The position numbers were made by a program, and so were the translations under genes. A stretch of DNA of 64,000 nucleotides from an uncultured Acidobacteriota bacterium. Lineage in GTDB: Bacteria > Actinomycetota > Acidimicrobiia > Spongiisociales > ZC4RG35. Below, piece by piece: positions 1 to 10,673 of the stretch. The notes beneath the pieces were generated by a model. That model did not search any database. It was not told the DNA's origin and saw only the letters and a list, made by a program, of their open reading frames with translations. Location: positions 151,273 to 215,272 of the forward strand of contig CAWHEU010000002.1 of the NCBI GenBank assembly GCA_963828465.1, read 5' to 3'. Every line of letters begins with the position of its first letter. The stretch's first letter is position 1.

Positions 1-281
1 CCATTGACGTCCTCGACGAACTCCAGCCACCATCGGTCGTAGACCGAGCTCGGGTCCCATTCACGAAGACGCATACGACTCAGGCCGGCGGGGGAGATGT
101 CGTACACGCTCACCCCGAGGTCGGTCTCATGGCCATGGTTGATCCAATAGGCGTGACCCTTCACCTCGAATCGTCGATTGAGGTCCTGGTATTCCTCGAG
201 GTGTGGCGTCAACTCGGTGGCGAGATCGCGATACCGATCCGTCTTGCCCGGTCGTAGGGGAACTGCGCTGGCGAACAGCAT
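1..281 (-). CDS. hypothetical protein, 3' end runs off the window (MLFASAVPLRPGKTDRYRDLATELTPHLEEY...)
   Basis: Manual translation: ATG at 281 preceded by SD-like GAAAGGAC, frame open to the window edge; absent from the ORF track because it has no stop in the window. Confidence 0.6.
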   Translation of the reverse strand, partial: MLFASAVPLRPGKTDRYRDLATELTPHLEEYQDLNRRFEVKGHAYWINHGHETDLGVSVYDISPAGLSRMRLREWDPSSVYDRWWLEFVEDVN

Positions 282-373
282 GCTCGTGTCCTTTCGTGGG
301 AGGCGAATGTTGCCACTGCGATCGATCCCGGTTGATACTGAATCCAGGAGGTCTGGAGACCGATATACGGTCC

Positions 374-1465
374 ATGCCTGTGCGAATCCTGTCTTTGGCG
401 CGCCTGACTGCATTGTTGGCCGTCGTCCTCGTGGCGTCCTGCTCGGCTGCCTCGCCGGAGACGACAGTGGGCAACTCGACCACGAGCGCATCACCGGCGT
501 CGTCGTCCTCGACCAGACCCACCTCGACGACGACGACGAGCACCACGACTCTTCCCGGGTCGACCACGACTGAAGTGTCCACGACGACGACCGTCGCTGC
601 CATCGCAACCACCACCACCACGACCACCACCGTCATCGCTCCGCCCGTAGACGACCCCCTGTACTCGCCACCGGCGACCGGCCTCTCCGGCGACCCCTCA
701 GCCGCGATGCCGCCGGGCGCCGAGGACGTGACGGTGGCTTCGATAACAGACGGCGATACCCTCGATGTCCGGGCCGATGACGGGTCGGTCTTCGAGGTCA
801 GGATCATCGGGACCAATACACCCGAGAGGGGTGAGTGCTTCGCGGACGAGGCCACGCGGGTTCTCGCTGCGTTGGCCCCGCCGGGCTCGAGGATCGGCAT
901 GACGAGCGATGTGTCTGACATCGACCAGTTCGATCGACTTCTGCGCTACTTGTGGGTCGGGGCCATGTCGATCAACGAGGAGACAGTTCGCCGCGGGGCC
1001 GCCCTCTCGAGGAGCTATCCCCCTGACACGGCGATGACCGAACGGTTCGATGATGCCCAGGCCGCAGCCAAGGAGGCGGGGCTCGGCCTGTGGTCGCCTA
1101 CGGCGTGCGGCCCACGTGCCGAGGCCACGCTGGGCATCGTCGAGGTGATGTCCGACGCCCCGGGGAACGACAACGAGAATCTCAACGGGGAGTGGGTCGC
1201 GATCCGGAACGAGGGAGAGACCTCGGTCGATCTCACCGGCTGGGGGATCAAGGACGAGTCGGCCAGCCACCGGTACGAGTTCCCGGTGTCATTCACCCTT
1301 CTTCCCGGGGAGACGGTCACCGTGAGGACCGGCTGCGGCGCCGATTTCGACACCGATCTGTATTGGTGCAACCAGGGATCAGCTGTCTGGAACAACGGCG
1401 GCGACACCGCCTTCCTCCTCGATCCCAGCGGCAACACCCACGTCGCTTACGCCTATTCGGGGTGA
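374..1465 (+). CDS. secreted/lipoprotein thermonuclease (SNase-like) with C-terminal lamin-tail domain
   Basis: Lipobox-like LVASC, Thr-rich linker, SNase motifs DGDTL, VRIIGTNTPE, DQFDRLLRY, AKEAGLGLW; LTD motifs NGEWVAIRN, DLTGW, VWNNGGD. Confidence 0.85.
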   Translation: MPVRILSLARLTALLAVVLVASCSAASPETTVGNSTTSASPASSSSTRPTSTTTTSTTTLPGSTTTEVSTTTTVAAIATTTTTTTTVIAPPVDDPLYSPPATGLSGDPSAAMPPGAEDVTVASITDGDTLDVRADDGSVFEVRIIGTNTPERGECFADEATRVLAALAPPGSRIGMTSDVSDIDQFDRLLRYLWVGAMSINEETVRRGAALSRSYPPDTAMTERFDDAQAAAKEAGLGLWSPTACGPRAEATLGIVEVMSDAPGNDNENLNGEWVAIRNEGETSVDLTGWGIKDESASHRYEFPVSFTLLPGETVTVRTGCGADFDTDLYWCNQGSAVWNNGGDTAFLLDPSGNTHVAYAYSG

Positions 1466-1491
1466 TCGCAGCAGGCGACCAAACTGCACCG

Positions 1492-2716
1492 ATGCAGGAG
1501 ACCGCCTCCGTCCGTAAACGTCTGTCCGCCGTCTTGTTCGGTGGTGTCGCTCTCGGCTCAACGGCCTACATCGCGGCGGTGACCATCGCCACCCTGGCCG
1601 TTGACGAGATCACCGGATCTGCCGCATTGGCCGGTGTGCCCGGGGCAACGGCCACCCTAGGGACCGCGGTGGGGACCAGCCTCCTGACCCGAAATGTGGC
1701 GCGTCGCGGTCGTCGCCCGGGCTTGGCTACGGGTTATGCCGCCGCGGTGGTCGGCAGTGGGTTGAGCATCCTGGGGCTGACCATTGATTCGCTTCCTCTG
1801 CTCCTGGTCGGGATGGCGCTCCTCGGCCTCGGAAACGCATCTGGCCACCTGGCCCGGTATGCCGCGGCCGAGATGTTCCCTGAGGATCGCAGGGGCCGGG
1901 CCCTGGGCAGGGTGGTCTGGGCCGGAACCATAGGATCGGTCCTCGGCCCAGCGCTGCTCCAGCCCTCCGGTCGGCTCGCGGTCGACCTCGGCCGGTCGGA
2001 GCTGGCGGGTGGTTTCCTGGTGAGCTTCGTGTTCATGGGGATCGCCTTGGTCCTCTACCTCGTGGGCTTGCGGCCCGACCCGGCCACCCTCGCCATCGAT
2101 CGGACTGGAACCGACCGACGCACCGCCCGTTGGCTTGGGGCCGGCGTTTCGCCTGCCGGTGGTTCGTGTCGCGCTGATCGCCATGACCGCCGGCCAGGTG
2201 GTGATGGTGATGATCATGACCTCCACCCCCCTCCACATCCACCATCACGGCTCCGACCTGGGGATCGTCGGTCTGGTGATGAGCGCCCACACCCTGGGCA
2301 TGTTCGCCCTGTCGCCGCTCACCGGGAGGCTCACCGATCGATGGGGCGGGTATCGGGTGATCATGTGGGGCATGGCCCTTCTCGGGCTCTCGGCGTTGGT
2401 GGCGGCCTATGGCCCCAACGACTCCACGACTCTGCTGGTGGTCGTTCTGTTCGCCCTCGGCTACGGCTGGAATCTGGCGTTCGTCGCCGGCAGCTCCATG
2501 CTCACGATCGGCGTGGGCAGCGACATCCGGAGCCGTCTCCAGGGGAGGGTCGACTCGCTCACCTGGACCGCTGGAGCCCTGGCCAGCCTCTCTTCTGGGG
2601 TGATCTATCAGGCCAGCGACTACCGGGCCATCAGCCTGATCGGGCTATTGCTCCTGGTCGTCCCGGTGGTGTTCATGTTCCGCCATCGGCGTGCTCCGTT
2701 GGCGGTCGGAACATGA
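1492..2716 (+). CDS. MFS transporter (frameshift near 2110-2135)
   Basis: Two hydrophobic halves in ORFs 1090..2787 and 2135..2716; MFS motifs RRGRRPGL, RYAAAE, GRLTDRWG. Confidence 0.8.
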
Positions 2717-2728
2717 GCCAGGGGACGA

Positions 2729-3811
2729 TCAAGTCTCGGTTCGCAGTGGCCGCGGAGCATCGGAACTTGGGTCGAACAAGACCTTGATCTGGGGTGACTC
2801 CCCTTTGGCCATCGGGATCAGCCCTACTTCCAGGACTTGTTCCAGGGGGTAGACCGTCGGTGCCACCTCTGCCCACGCCCCCGGGTCGGCTGCGATCAGG
2901 TCAACCGCCCCGGGGAAGTCCTGGGCGAAGACATGGGCCTGGGTACCGATGATCTCCAGCTCGTCGAGGGCGACCTCCCTGAAGTCGACGGCCACGGGCT
3001 CGGGCTGGTGACCCACGACCACTACCCGGCCGCCGTCGGCTACGAGCCGAAGGGCGCGGAGAAGCGAGTCGGGACGACCGGTGCATTCGAATACGACGCT
3101 CGCCTTGTCATCGTTCAGTAGCTCGTCCGGCCCGGGTGCTGATACGTCGAGGGTCGAAGCCGCACCGAGACGTGCGGCGGTGTCCAGTCTCGCTGGGTCG
3201 AGGTCGACGGCCGTCACCGTCGCCCCTGCGCCTGCAGCCGCGTGCACGATGAAGCTGCCAATGCCACCCGCCCCCAGCACCGTCACCAGGTCACCCTCGA
3301 CCACCTGCCCCCGACGGGTGGCATGCAATGCGATGGACATCGGCTGGGTCATGGCGGCGAGGTCAGGCGTGATGGCGGAGTTCGAGAGATTGAAGGTGCA
3401 AGAGGCGGGGACAACCGCTGCTTCCGCCAGGCCACCGTTGGAGTGGAGGCCGACCGTCCAATACTCCTGACAGAGGTTGGTATGTCCAGTCCTACATGGT
3501 GGGCAGGTGCCGCACGAGACGCCCGCCCCCACTGCGACCAGGTCCCCCTCGGAGAACCCGGTGACTCCTTCGCCCACTCCGGTCACCCAGCCCGAGAACT
3601 CGTGACCGGGGATGGTGGGGCCGGAGTGGCGACTGTGAGGATGAGCCGTGTCGACGGGGTGAAAGCGTGGGCCATGCACGAACTCTCCCGCATCGGTGCC
3701 GCATATGCCGACGGTGGCGACGCGCAGTTGCAGCTCGCCCGGTCCCGGAGCAGGGACCGGTAACTCTTCGAGCCGGACATCGCCCGCCCCGTGATACCTG
3801 ACTGCCCTCAC
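2729..3811 (-). CDS. Zn-dependent alcohol dehydrogenase (butanediol dehydrogenase-like MDR)
   Basis: GICGTD, GHEFSG, structural Zn CGTCPPCRTGHTNLC, GAGGIG. Confidence 0.9.
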   Translation of the reverse strand: MRAVRYHGAGDVRLEELPVPAPGPGELQLRVATVGICGTDAGEFVHGPRFHPVDTAHPHSRHSGPTIPGHEFSGWVTGVGEGVTGFSEGDLVAVGAGVSCGTCPPCRTGHTNLCQEYWTVGLHSNGGLAEAAVVPASCTFNLSNSAITPDLAAMTQPMSIALHATRRGQVVEGDLVTVLGAGGIGSFIVHAAAGAGATVTAVDLDPARLDTAARLGAASTLDVSAPGPDELLNDDKASVVFECTGRPDSLLRALRLVADGGRVVVVGHQPEPVAVDFREVALDELEIIGTQAHVFAQDFPGAVDLIAADPGAWAEVAPTVYPLEQVLEVGLIPMAKGESPQIKVLFDPSSDAPRPLRTET

Positions 3812-3853
3812 ACCCGCCTTTCGACACGTGGATCGTGGTGCATACTGTGCCGC

Positions 3854-4726
3854 ATGTCCACCTCACCTCCAGCCAGGGTCGGGTTCGCGGGTCTGGGTCG
3901 AATGGGCTCACGGATAGCCGCCAACGTCGCCAAGGCCGGTCATGACATGACAGTGTGGAATCGCACCACAGCGGCGGCAGAAGAATGGGCTGGGGAGAAC
4001 GGAGGCGTTGTGGCCGGGACCCTCTCGGACCTGGCCGGAAGTGAGTTCATCATCACGATGCTGGCCGATGGCGACGCCCTCGAAGAGGTGTATGCCGACC
4101 TCGCCGGGAGTCTCGGTCCAGAGACAGTTGCAATCGATATGGGCACGTCGGGTCCAGAGAGCTTCGAGAAGGCCCGGGCCTTGGTGGAGGCCCGGGGAGC
4201 GACCATGGTGGATGCCCCGGTATCAGGAGCGACAGCGGCCGCCGAGGCAGCCTCGCTGCTGGTGATGGTGGGTGCCTCCGACGAGGTCTACCAACGCGTC
4301 GAGCCGATCCTCCAATCGGTGGGCAATCCCGTGCAGGTCGGGCCAACAGGGTCCGCCGCCGTGCTCAAGCTGGCGGTCAATTCGGTTCTTTATGGCCTGA
4401 ATCAGGCCGTGGCCGAGGCGGTGGCTTTGGCGGAGAAATCGGGAGTGGAGCCGGAGACCACTATCGACATCCTGGCCAAGGGTGCCGCCGGAGCGCCGAT
4501 GCTCACCTATCGCCGGGAGCAGTATCTCCATCCCGACCAGGCTCCGATCACGTTCACAATCGATCTGGCACGGAAGGACCTGACCCTCGCGCTGGAGCAG
4601 GCCCGGCGCACCGGGGCACCAACCGGTCAGCTGGAGCGAACGATGGAGCTGATGGAGGCCTTGATTGAACAGGGCTTTGGTTCCCAGGACATGGGCTACG
4701 TGGTCGAGGCCAGCCGCCGAGCCTGA
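3854..4726 (+). CDS. NAD(P)-dependent 3-hydroxyisobutyrate dehydrogenase family oxidoreductase
   Basis: GFAGLGRMG, WNRT, DAPVSG, LKLAVN, LARKDL. Confidence 0.9.
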   Translation: MSTSPPARVGFAGLGRMGSRIAANVAKAGHDMTVWNRTTAAAEEWAGENGGVVAGTLSDLAGSEFIITMLADGDALEEVYADLAGSLGPETVAIDMGTSGPESFEKARALVEARGATMVDAPVSGATAAAEAASLLVMVGASDEVYQRVEPILQSVGNPVQVGPTGSAAVLKLAVNSVLYGLNQAVAEAVALAEKSGVEPETTIDILAKGAAGAPMLTYRREQYLHPDQAPITFTIDLARKDLTLALEQARRTGAPTGQLERTMELMEALIEQGFGSQDMGYVVEASRRA

Positions 4727-4728
4727 GC

Positions 4729-6223
4729 TCAGACCATCTCTTCCAGTAACCGGACGACATCGGGCTTGATCGTCTTCCCCATCGCGTTCCGTGGCAGGGC
4801 ATCGGTGAAATGGAACTCCTTGGGCACCTTGTGCGGGGCGAGCCGGCCCTTCACCCACGCCTTGAGCTCTTCGGCCTCCACCGGGCCCGACGGAACCAGT
4901 ACCGCCACAACCCGCTGCCCCCACTCCGGGTCGTCGACACCGACCACCGCTGCCTCGCTGATCGCCTGGTGGCCCAGCAACACCTCCTCGATCTCGAGGG
5001 CGGAAACCTTTTCGCCTCCGGTCTTGAGGATGTCGATCGAGGACCGGCCCAGGATCCTGTAGCGACCCTCCTCGACGATCGCGGTGTCGCCGGTGCGGAA
5101 CCAGCCGTCGGAGGTGAAGGCCGAGTCAGTGTCTTCGGGTCGGTCCCAATACTCGAGGAAGACGGTGGGTCCCCTCACCTGGATCTCGCCGGGCTCATCG
5201 CCGTGAGACATCGGATCCGTCGTCGCCGACGAGGCGAACCTCGACATCCGGGAGCGGCATGCCGACCGAGCCCGGGATGCGCTCCCCTCGGTAGGGGTTG
5301 GACAGACCCATCCCGATCTCGGTCATCCCGTACCGCTCGAGCAGGGTGTGACCGGACAGCTCACGCCATCGCTCCAGGACCGGAACGGGCAGCGCAGCCG
5401 AGCCGGAGACCATGAGCCGCAGGCGGCCAACCCCGTCCCGGAAGGCGGATGTCGCTTCATCGGGCGTCTGTTCTAGTTGGGCGATGAGCCGGTGATAGAT
5501 GGTGGGGACGGCCATGTACAGGGTGAGGTCGCCGGCGGTGAGGCGGTCGACAACCTGGTCGGCGGCGAACGAGGGGAGCATGTCGCACCGCGCCCCGCTC
5601 CAAAGGGCGCAACCGATGACGTTGACGATGCCGTGAATGTGGTGCAGGGGGAGGGTGAGCAGGATGCGGTCGTCCTGATCCCACTCCCAGGCCTCGACCA
5701 ACGAGATGATCTGGGCCTGGATGTTGGCGTGGGTGGTGACCACACCTTTCGGCCGGCCCGTGGTCCCGCTGGTGAAGAGGATCATGGCTCGTCGGTCGGG
5801 CTCGATTCGAGGCAGCGGTACAAGGTCCTGGTTCAACTCCTCCACGAGTAGGAATCGAATACCTCTCGCCGCGGCCAGGGGACGGAGCAGATCTGCGAAT
5901 GCCGGGGAGGCGATGGCGATGACCGGGGTCGTGGTGTCGAGCACGTATTCCAACTCAGGTGCCGGGTGGGTGAGACAGAGCGGGACGGCGATCCCACCGG
6001 CCCGCCAGATCGCCCACTGGACTCGCACGTAGTCGAACGACGGCTCCACCATGAACGCAATCCGGGCCTCGTCGAGGTCGGTCTTGCCATCGAGCAGGCG
6101 GGCCGCGCCCCGTTCCGAACCGGTTAGCAAATCGGCGTAGGTGTGAGTCCCGGCTTGATCGGAGATGGCAATCCGGTCCGGCCACTTGCGGGCCCGGCCG
6201 ATCAAGGAGATGGACTCACCCAT
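4729..6223 (-). CDS. acyl-CoA synthetase (MatB/ACSF3-like; frameshift near 5205)
   Basis: FTSGTTGRPKG, LPLHHIHG, ERYGMTE, WFRTGD, DILKTGGEKVSALEIE, LPRNAMGK across two ORFs. Confidence 0.85.
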
Positions 6224-6599
6224 CCGATGCCATCTCGCCCCTGGCACCGATGATGACGACGTTCCCATCGGGGTCGGCGACCCGCGCCACCCGTTCGCCC
6301 CAAGGCTGATCGACCGGCTCCTCGAGGATCGTCACACCAGCAGCCCTGGAGGTCTCCACGACGGCATCGCAATCATTCACGTAGACCCAGAGTGCGAATC
6401 GCTCGGCCCCGCTCGCGACATCGAGGTCGGGATCTGCTCCGATGCCCAAGTGCGAGGAGCCGAGGTCCAGCCCGACGTATTGGGCGTCCCCATCGTCGGG
6501 GAAGCGGTAGGTGACCGTGCCGCCTAGCAGTTCTTCATAGAAGCCGAGCGCCCGGGCCAGGTCCGGTGTGCTCAGAATGGGAAATGCCGACTCGATCAT
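6216..6599 (-). CDS. VOC/glyoxalase family protein
   Basis: DLARALGFY, EPVDQPWGERVARVADPDGN. Confidence 0.85.
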   Translation of the reverse strand: MIESAFPILSTPDLARALGFYEELLGGTVTYRFPDDGDAQYVGLDLGSSHLGIGADPDLDVASGAERFALWVYVNDCDAVVETSRAAGVTILEEPVDQPWGERVARVADPDGNVVIIGARGEMASDG

Positions 6600-6979
6600 T
6601 GCTCCAGAGGGGCGAACAGATCGACGGCGTTGCCGTCATGGTCGTGCACCGTGGCATAGCGCTGCCCCCAAGGTGCGTCGAACGGAGGCAGATGACCACG
6701 GCCGCCGGCTGCGACCAGATCCTCGTAGAGCGCATCCACGGCGGCCGTGGTGTCGCAGAGGAAGGCGAGAGCAGTGCGCGGGCCACCTCCGATGGGCGCC
6801 TGCCAGTCAGAGAACGACATCACGCTGGCCTCGCTGTCCAGCATGACCCGCAGACCGCCCGGTCCCTCCGCCTCAGCATGGACCTCATCGCCCTCGAACT
6901 CGAGGCCGACCAACCGGTAGAAATCGATGGCTCGGGCCATGTCGGAGACGATGACACCGATTGCGTCAAGACGTGGCAT
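6596..6979 (-). CDS. VOC/glyoxalase family protein
   Basis: DMARAIDFY, PFDAPWGQRYATVHDHDGN. Confidence 0.85.
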   Translation of the reverse strand: MPRLDAIGVIVSDMARAIDFYRLVGLEFEGDEVHAEAEGPGGLRVMLDSEASVMSFSDWQAPIGGGPRTALAFLCDTTAAVDALYEDLVAAGGRGHLPPFDAPWGQRYATVHDHDGNAVDLFAPLEQ

Positions 6980-6999
6980 ACCGGGAGTCTATGGTCGGA

Positions 7000-8268
7000 T
7001 CAGGCGGCTGGGGACCAGATGGCGACCTCCCCGGCGGAGACTCGGACAGGGTCTCCGCCCTCGACCTTCTGCACCCAGATCCCGGCATCTTCGAGGCTCG
7101 ACCCTCCGGCGTAGGTGAAGGCAGAGCCGTCCGGGGCCCAGAGTGAGATGCTGAGGGCGAACTGGTCGAAGTAGGCGAGGTAGTCGCGGCCAAAGAGCCC
7201 GGTAGGGCTGAACGGGCGGTACGACTTGGTCTCGTCACCATCCCAAACGTGCCATTGCAAACGCTCGAAGCCATCGGCCGCCCCGACAGTGCTGTAGAGC
7301 AGATCTCGGCCGTCCGGGCTCCAGAACCATGCAATGTTCCGTGCCCGGCTCACTTCTTCGAGGGCCCCATCCGAGGTCTCGACCACGAACAATCGCTCCG
7401 CGTCGATGATGGGCAGATCGGTCTCTTCGATCTGGGAGAGCGCCTGACTCTCCGGGGACCCCCGTGACATCACCGCCAATCGACTGCCGGTGTCATCGCC
7501 GACGTAGGCCATCGGGGCGGCGTAACGCAACAACTCTCGCTCGATCTCGCCCAGGGGGGTGGCCAGGGCGAGTGCCTCACCCACATCACGGCCGGTCCCA
7601 AGCACCACGGACTCACCGACGTGCGCCCCCAGCCTGAACTCCCCGGTGGCCGGGACCGTCTCCCGCCCCGAGCCATCGATGGCCAGATACTCGAACCGTC
7701 CCGAGACCCGGGCGAGCACCTCGGTGCCGTCAGGCGCCCAATCGAAATACACGGGCGCTCCCTGATCGATCACCCGGATTTGTCCATCTGGCCCGGCGAT
7801 GGCCAGAAGTAGGTCTCCCATGTCCTGGCTCCCGGTCAACGCCAGGTGCTTGCCGTCCGGGCTCCACGCGATGTACACCGCGAGGAGCGGCGATGGCCAT
7901 TCGTTGAGGTCACCACCTTCGCTGTTCGCCACCAGCAGATACGTCTCCTGATCTGCCCTCCGTTCGGTCCACGCCACTCTGGATCCGTCGGGCGACCAGG
8001 TCGGTTGGGTCCGTTCGATGTCCGGATCAGGCCCGGCAAGTGTGACCGGGTCGGATCCATCGGGCCGCATCGTCGTGATCTCGCTGTCTGTACCCAGCAC
8101 GAGGAGGCGTCCTGGGGACGTGTCTTCGACGGCGGAGACCCCAGTGGCGATCGTTCCGGCGTCGGGAAGTGTGTTTCGAACGGGTTCACCCGTGGCTGTG
8201 CACGCGGTGAGGAGGGCGGCGAAAAGTGAGACCGGAGCAAGAAAGGCTCGCCCGAGCCGGGTCGTCAC
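7000..8268 (-). CDS. TolB-like beta-propeller lipoprotein
   Basis: Lipobox LLTAC; repeated WSPDG/WAPDG (PD40-like) motifs. Confidence 0.75.
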   Translation of the reverse strand: MTTRLGRAFLAPVSLFAALLTACTATGEPVRNTLPDAGTIATGVSAVEDTSPGRLLVLGTDSEITTMRPDGSDPVTLAGPDPDIERTQPTWSPDGSRVAWTERRADQETYLLVANSEGGDLNEWPSPLLAVYIAWSPDGKHLALTGSQDMGDLLLAIAGPDGQIRVIDQGAPVYFDWAPDGTEVLARVSGRFEYLAIDGSGRETVPATGEFRLGAHVGESVVLGTGRDVGEALALATPLGEIERELLRYAAPMAYVGDDTGSRLAVMSRGSPESQALSQIEETDLPIIDAERLFVVETSDGALEEVSRARNIAWFWSPDGRDLLYSTVGAADGFERLQWHVWDGDETKSYRPFSPTGLFGRDYLAYFDQFALSISLWAPDGSAFTYAGGSSLEDAGIWVQKVEGGDPVRVSAGEVAIWSPAA

Positions 8269-8278
8269 CTAGTCGACT

Positions 8279-8701
8279 CTACGTCCCGCCGTGCTGAGTC
8301 CGCCACGCCTCGACCTGGCGCACTACCGCGGCCGAGTCGAACCACGTGTTCTCGTAGGCGATGAGGCCCTCACGCAGCTCGAAGAGATGCAGGATGCGCA
8401 GCTCGACTGGTGCCCCGCCCCCGGCGATCCCGGCCCATTGGCCTTCGACATGACCGGTGACGTCCGACACGTCGACCACCCAACTCCCATCCTCGGATGA
8501 GAAGCGGCGGGTGGACACGAATTTCACGTCGGGGATGGCGGCGATGATGTCCGAATAGACCGCTCCGACCGCCTCCTTCCCGCGCACTGGGCTCAGGGGG
8601 TGGGTGACGTCGTCCCACACGATGTCGTCGGTATACGTGGCCAGGGTGGCGGCGACGTCATGAGCGTTCTCGGCGGCGAAATGCTGATCCACTATGTCCA
8701 T
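8279..8701 (-). CDS. SnoaL-like/NTF2 ester cyclase family protein
   Basis: HFAAENAHD, GKEAV, GLIAYENTWFD pattern; 140 aa. Confidence 0.75.
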   Translation of the reverse strand: MDIVDQHFAAENAHDVAATLATYTDDIVWDDVTHPLSPVRGKEAVGAVYSDIIAAIPDVKFVSTRRFSSEDGSWVVDVSDVTGHVEGQWAGIAGGGAPVELRILHLFELREGLIAYENTWFDSAAVVRQVEAWRTQHGGT

Positions 8702-8710
8702 GCCTCGAAG

Positions 8711-9613
8711 CTAATCAAGTGCTCCGGTCAGGTGACCCAGCTTGTCGGGATTGACCACAGCTCGCACCGCCTGGACCTTGCCCATGGCGACATCGAGAGA
8801 CACCACCGCCACGATGGCTCCGTCGCCGCTTTGGACGACTGCTCCCGGCTGGCCGTTGACGTCGACGAGGGTCAGAACCCAGCCCTCGCGATTGGCGCGC
8901 GGGCTGAAGGAGGCGAGGAACCGGGCCGTCTCGGACATGCCGCGGAGGGGCTCCCGCCGAGCCGGCGCCTTGCCACCACCGTCGCCATAGAGAACAACGT
9001 CCTGCGCGAGCATGTCCGCAAGGCCCTCGGTGTCTCCGTTCTCGACGGCGGCGAAGAACTTCTCGGCGAGCGCCCATCGTTTCTCGACTGATGTCTCGAA
9101 TCGGGGCTTGCCCTCCTGGACCTTCTCCCGGGCCCGCACCGCCAGTTGCCTGCAAGCAACCTCGGACTTGTCGATGAGCTCGGCGACTTCGTCGAATCCA
9201 AACCCGAACACATCGCGCAGCAGGAGCACCGCTCGCTCCGGGGGGGTGAGCCTCTCGAGGAGGACCAGAAAGGCCATGGAGAGGCTGTCGGACAGCTCGG
9301 CGTGTCGCTCCGGATCGGCAGACCGGTCGGTGACTATCGGCTCGGGCAGCCACTCTCCCACATATTCCTCACGACGCACCCGCGCCGAACGCAGGTAGTC
9401 GATGGCGAGCCGGGAGACGACCGCGCACGCATATGCCCGCCGCGACTCGATCTCGGTCCCCTCGTTCTCGGCCGTGTGGACCCGCACATAAGTTTCCTGG
9501 ACCAGGTCCTCGGACTCGCTGACGCTCCCGGTCATCCGGTACGCGATCGAGAAGAGGAGCGGGCGAAGCGAAGCGTCGGTTTCGCCTGATTCGGAATCCG
9601 CAATCGTGGTCAT
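8711..9613 (-). CDS. sigJ: ECF41 (SigJ-type) RNA polymerase sigma factor with SnoaL-like C-terminal extension
   Basis: LFSIAYRMTGS, EDLVQE, YVGEWLPEP, DGGGK, NPDKL motifs characteristic of ECF41. Confidence 0.9.
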   Translation of the reverse strand: MTTIADSESGETDASLRPLLFSIAYRMTGSVSESEDLVQETYVRVHTAENEGTEIESRRAYACAVVSRLAIDYLRSARVRREEYVGEWLPEPIVTDRSADPERHAELSDSLSMAFLVLLERLTPPERAVLLLRDVFGFGFDEVAELIDKSEVACRQLAVRAREKVQEGKPRFETSVEKRWALAEKFFAAVENGDTEGLADMLAQDVVLYGDGGGKAPARREPLRGMSETARFLASFSPRANREGWVLTLVDVNGQPGAVVQSGDGAIVAVVSLDVAMGKVQAVRAVVNPDKLGHLTGALD

Positions 9614-9621
9614 GTCCCTGA

Positions 9622-9648
9622 GACGAGTTTGACCCTTCGATTGTGACA
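9622..9648 (-). promoter_or_regulatory. ECF41 promoter TGTCACA-N16-CGTC driving the sigma gene
   Basis: Minus strand reads TGTCACA atcgaagggtcaaact CGTC, an exact match to the known ECF41 motif. Confidence 0.85.
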
Positions 9649-9660
9649 GCCACGGGCTGT

Positions 9661-9687
9661 TGTCACAGAAACCGCCTCCATCTCGTC
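9661..9687 (+). promoter_or_regulatory. ECF41 promoter TGTCACA-N16-CGTC driving the epimerase gene
   Basis: TGTCACA gaaaccgcctccatct CGTC, 28 nt upstream of the ATG at 9716. Confidence 0.85.
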
Positions 9688-9715
9688 CTGGGTAGGGAAG
9701 ACGAAAGGAGACGAA

Positions 9716-10654
9716 ATGAGAGTCTTCGTAGCCGGCGCCACCGGGGCCATCGGGCGACGTCTGGTGCCGTTGTTGATCGATTCCGGTCACGAGGTGATTG
9801 GCACGACCAGGACCCCTTCCAAGACCGACGGCCTGCGTCTTGATGGCGCCACACCGGTGTTGCTCGACGGCAGGGACGGTGCGGCGGTGCGACGGGCGGT
9901 CCTCGACGCCGAGCCGGATGTCGTTGTCCACCAGATGACCGCGTTGTCGGGCGACCTCGACTTCCGCAAGTTCGCCGAGACTTTCGCCGAGACCAACCGG
10001 CTCCGAACCGAGACAACCGATCGCCTCATCGAGGCCGCGGTCGAGGCCGGAGCTAGGCGATTCATCGCCCAGAGCTTCGCCGGCTGGCCCAACGAGCAAA
10101 GTGGAGGACCGGTGAAGACCGAAGAGGACCCACTCAACACCGACCCTCCCAAGCAGGTGCGCCAGACGCTCGGGGCCATTCTCCACCTGGAGTCCGTCAC
10201 GACCGGCACCCCCGGGATCGAGGGCCTGGCCCTGCGCTACGGCGGCTTCTATGGCCCGGGCAACGCCCTCGGCAAGGGCGGGCTGATGCTGGAGGCTGTG
10301 GTCAAACGGCAGATGCCGATCGTGGGTGGCGGATCAGGCATTTGGTCGTTCCTCCACATCGACGACGCCGCACAGGCCACCGCTCTCGCCGTCGACCGGG
10401 GTGCTTCCGGGATCTACAACATCGTCGACGACGAGCCGGCGCCGGTCTCCGAATGGCTGCCATATCTGGCCGAGGTCCTCGGGGCCAGGCCCCCGCGGCG
10501 GGTGCCGGCCTGGTTGGCTCGGCTCATCGCGGGTGAAGCCGCGGTGTCGATGATGACCAAGATCCGAGGCTCCTCCAACGCCAAGGCAAAACGAGAGTTG
10601 GGCTGGAAGCTGCAGTACCCGACCTGGAGGGTGGGATTCACGGACGGGCTCTGA
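9716..10654 (+). CDS. NAD-dependent epimerase/dehydratase family protein (typical ECF41 target)
   Basis: GATGAIG, LRYGGFYGPG, FLHIDDAA, YNIVDDEP; SD AAAGGAG. Confidence 0.9.
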   Translation: MRVFVAGATGAIGRRLVPLLIDSGHEVIGTTRTPSKTDGLRLDGATPVLLDGRDGAAVRRAVLDAEPDVVVHQMTALSGDLDFRKFAETFAETNRLRTETTDRLIEAAVEAGARRFIAQSFAGWPNEQSGGPVKTEEDPLNTDPPKQVRQTLGAILHLESVTTGTPGIEGLALRYGGFYGPGNALGKGGLMLEAVVKRQMPIVGGGSGIWSFLHIDDAAQATALAVDRGASGIYNIVDDEPAPVSEWLPYLAEVLGARPPRRVPAWLARLIAGEAAVSMMTKIRGSSNAKAKRELGWKLQYPTWRVGFTDGL

Positions 10655-10673
10655 CTCGCCAGAATGAGGCTCG

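Noticed and set aside
480-640. ACC/ACG tandem-like repeats here and at 37600-37790
   Set aside because: They encode Thr/Pro-rich protein linkers; not CRISPR or VNTR
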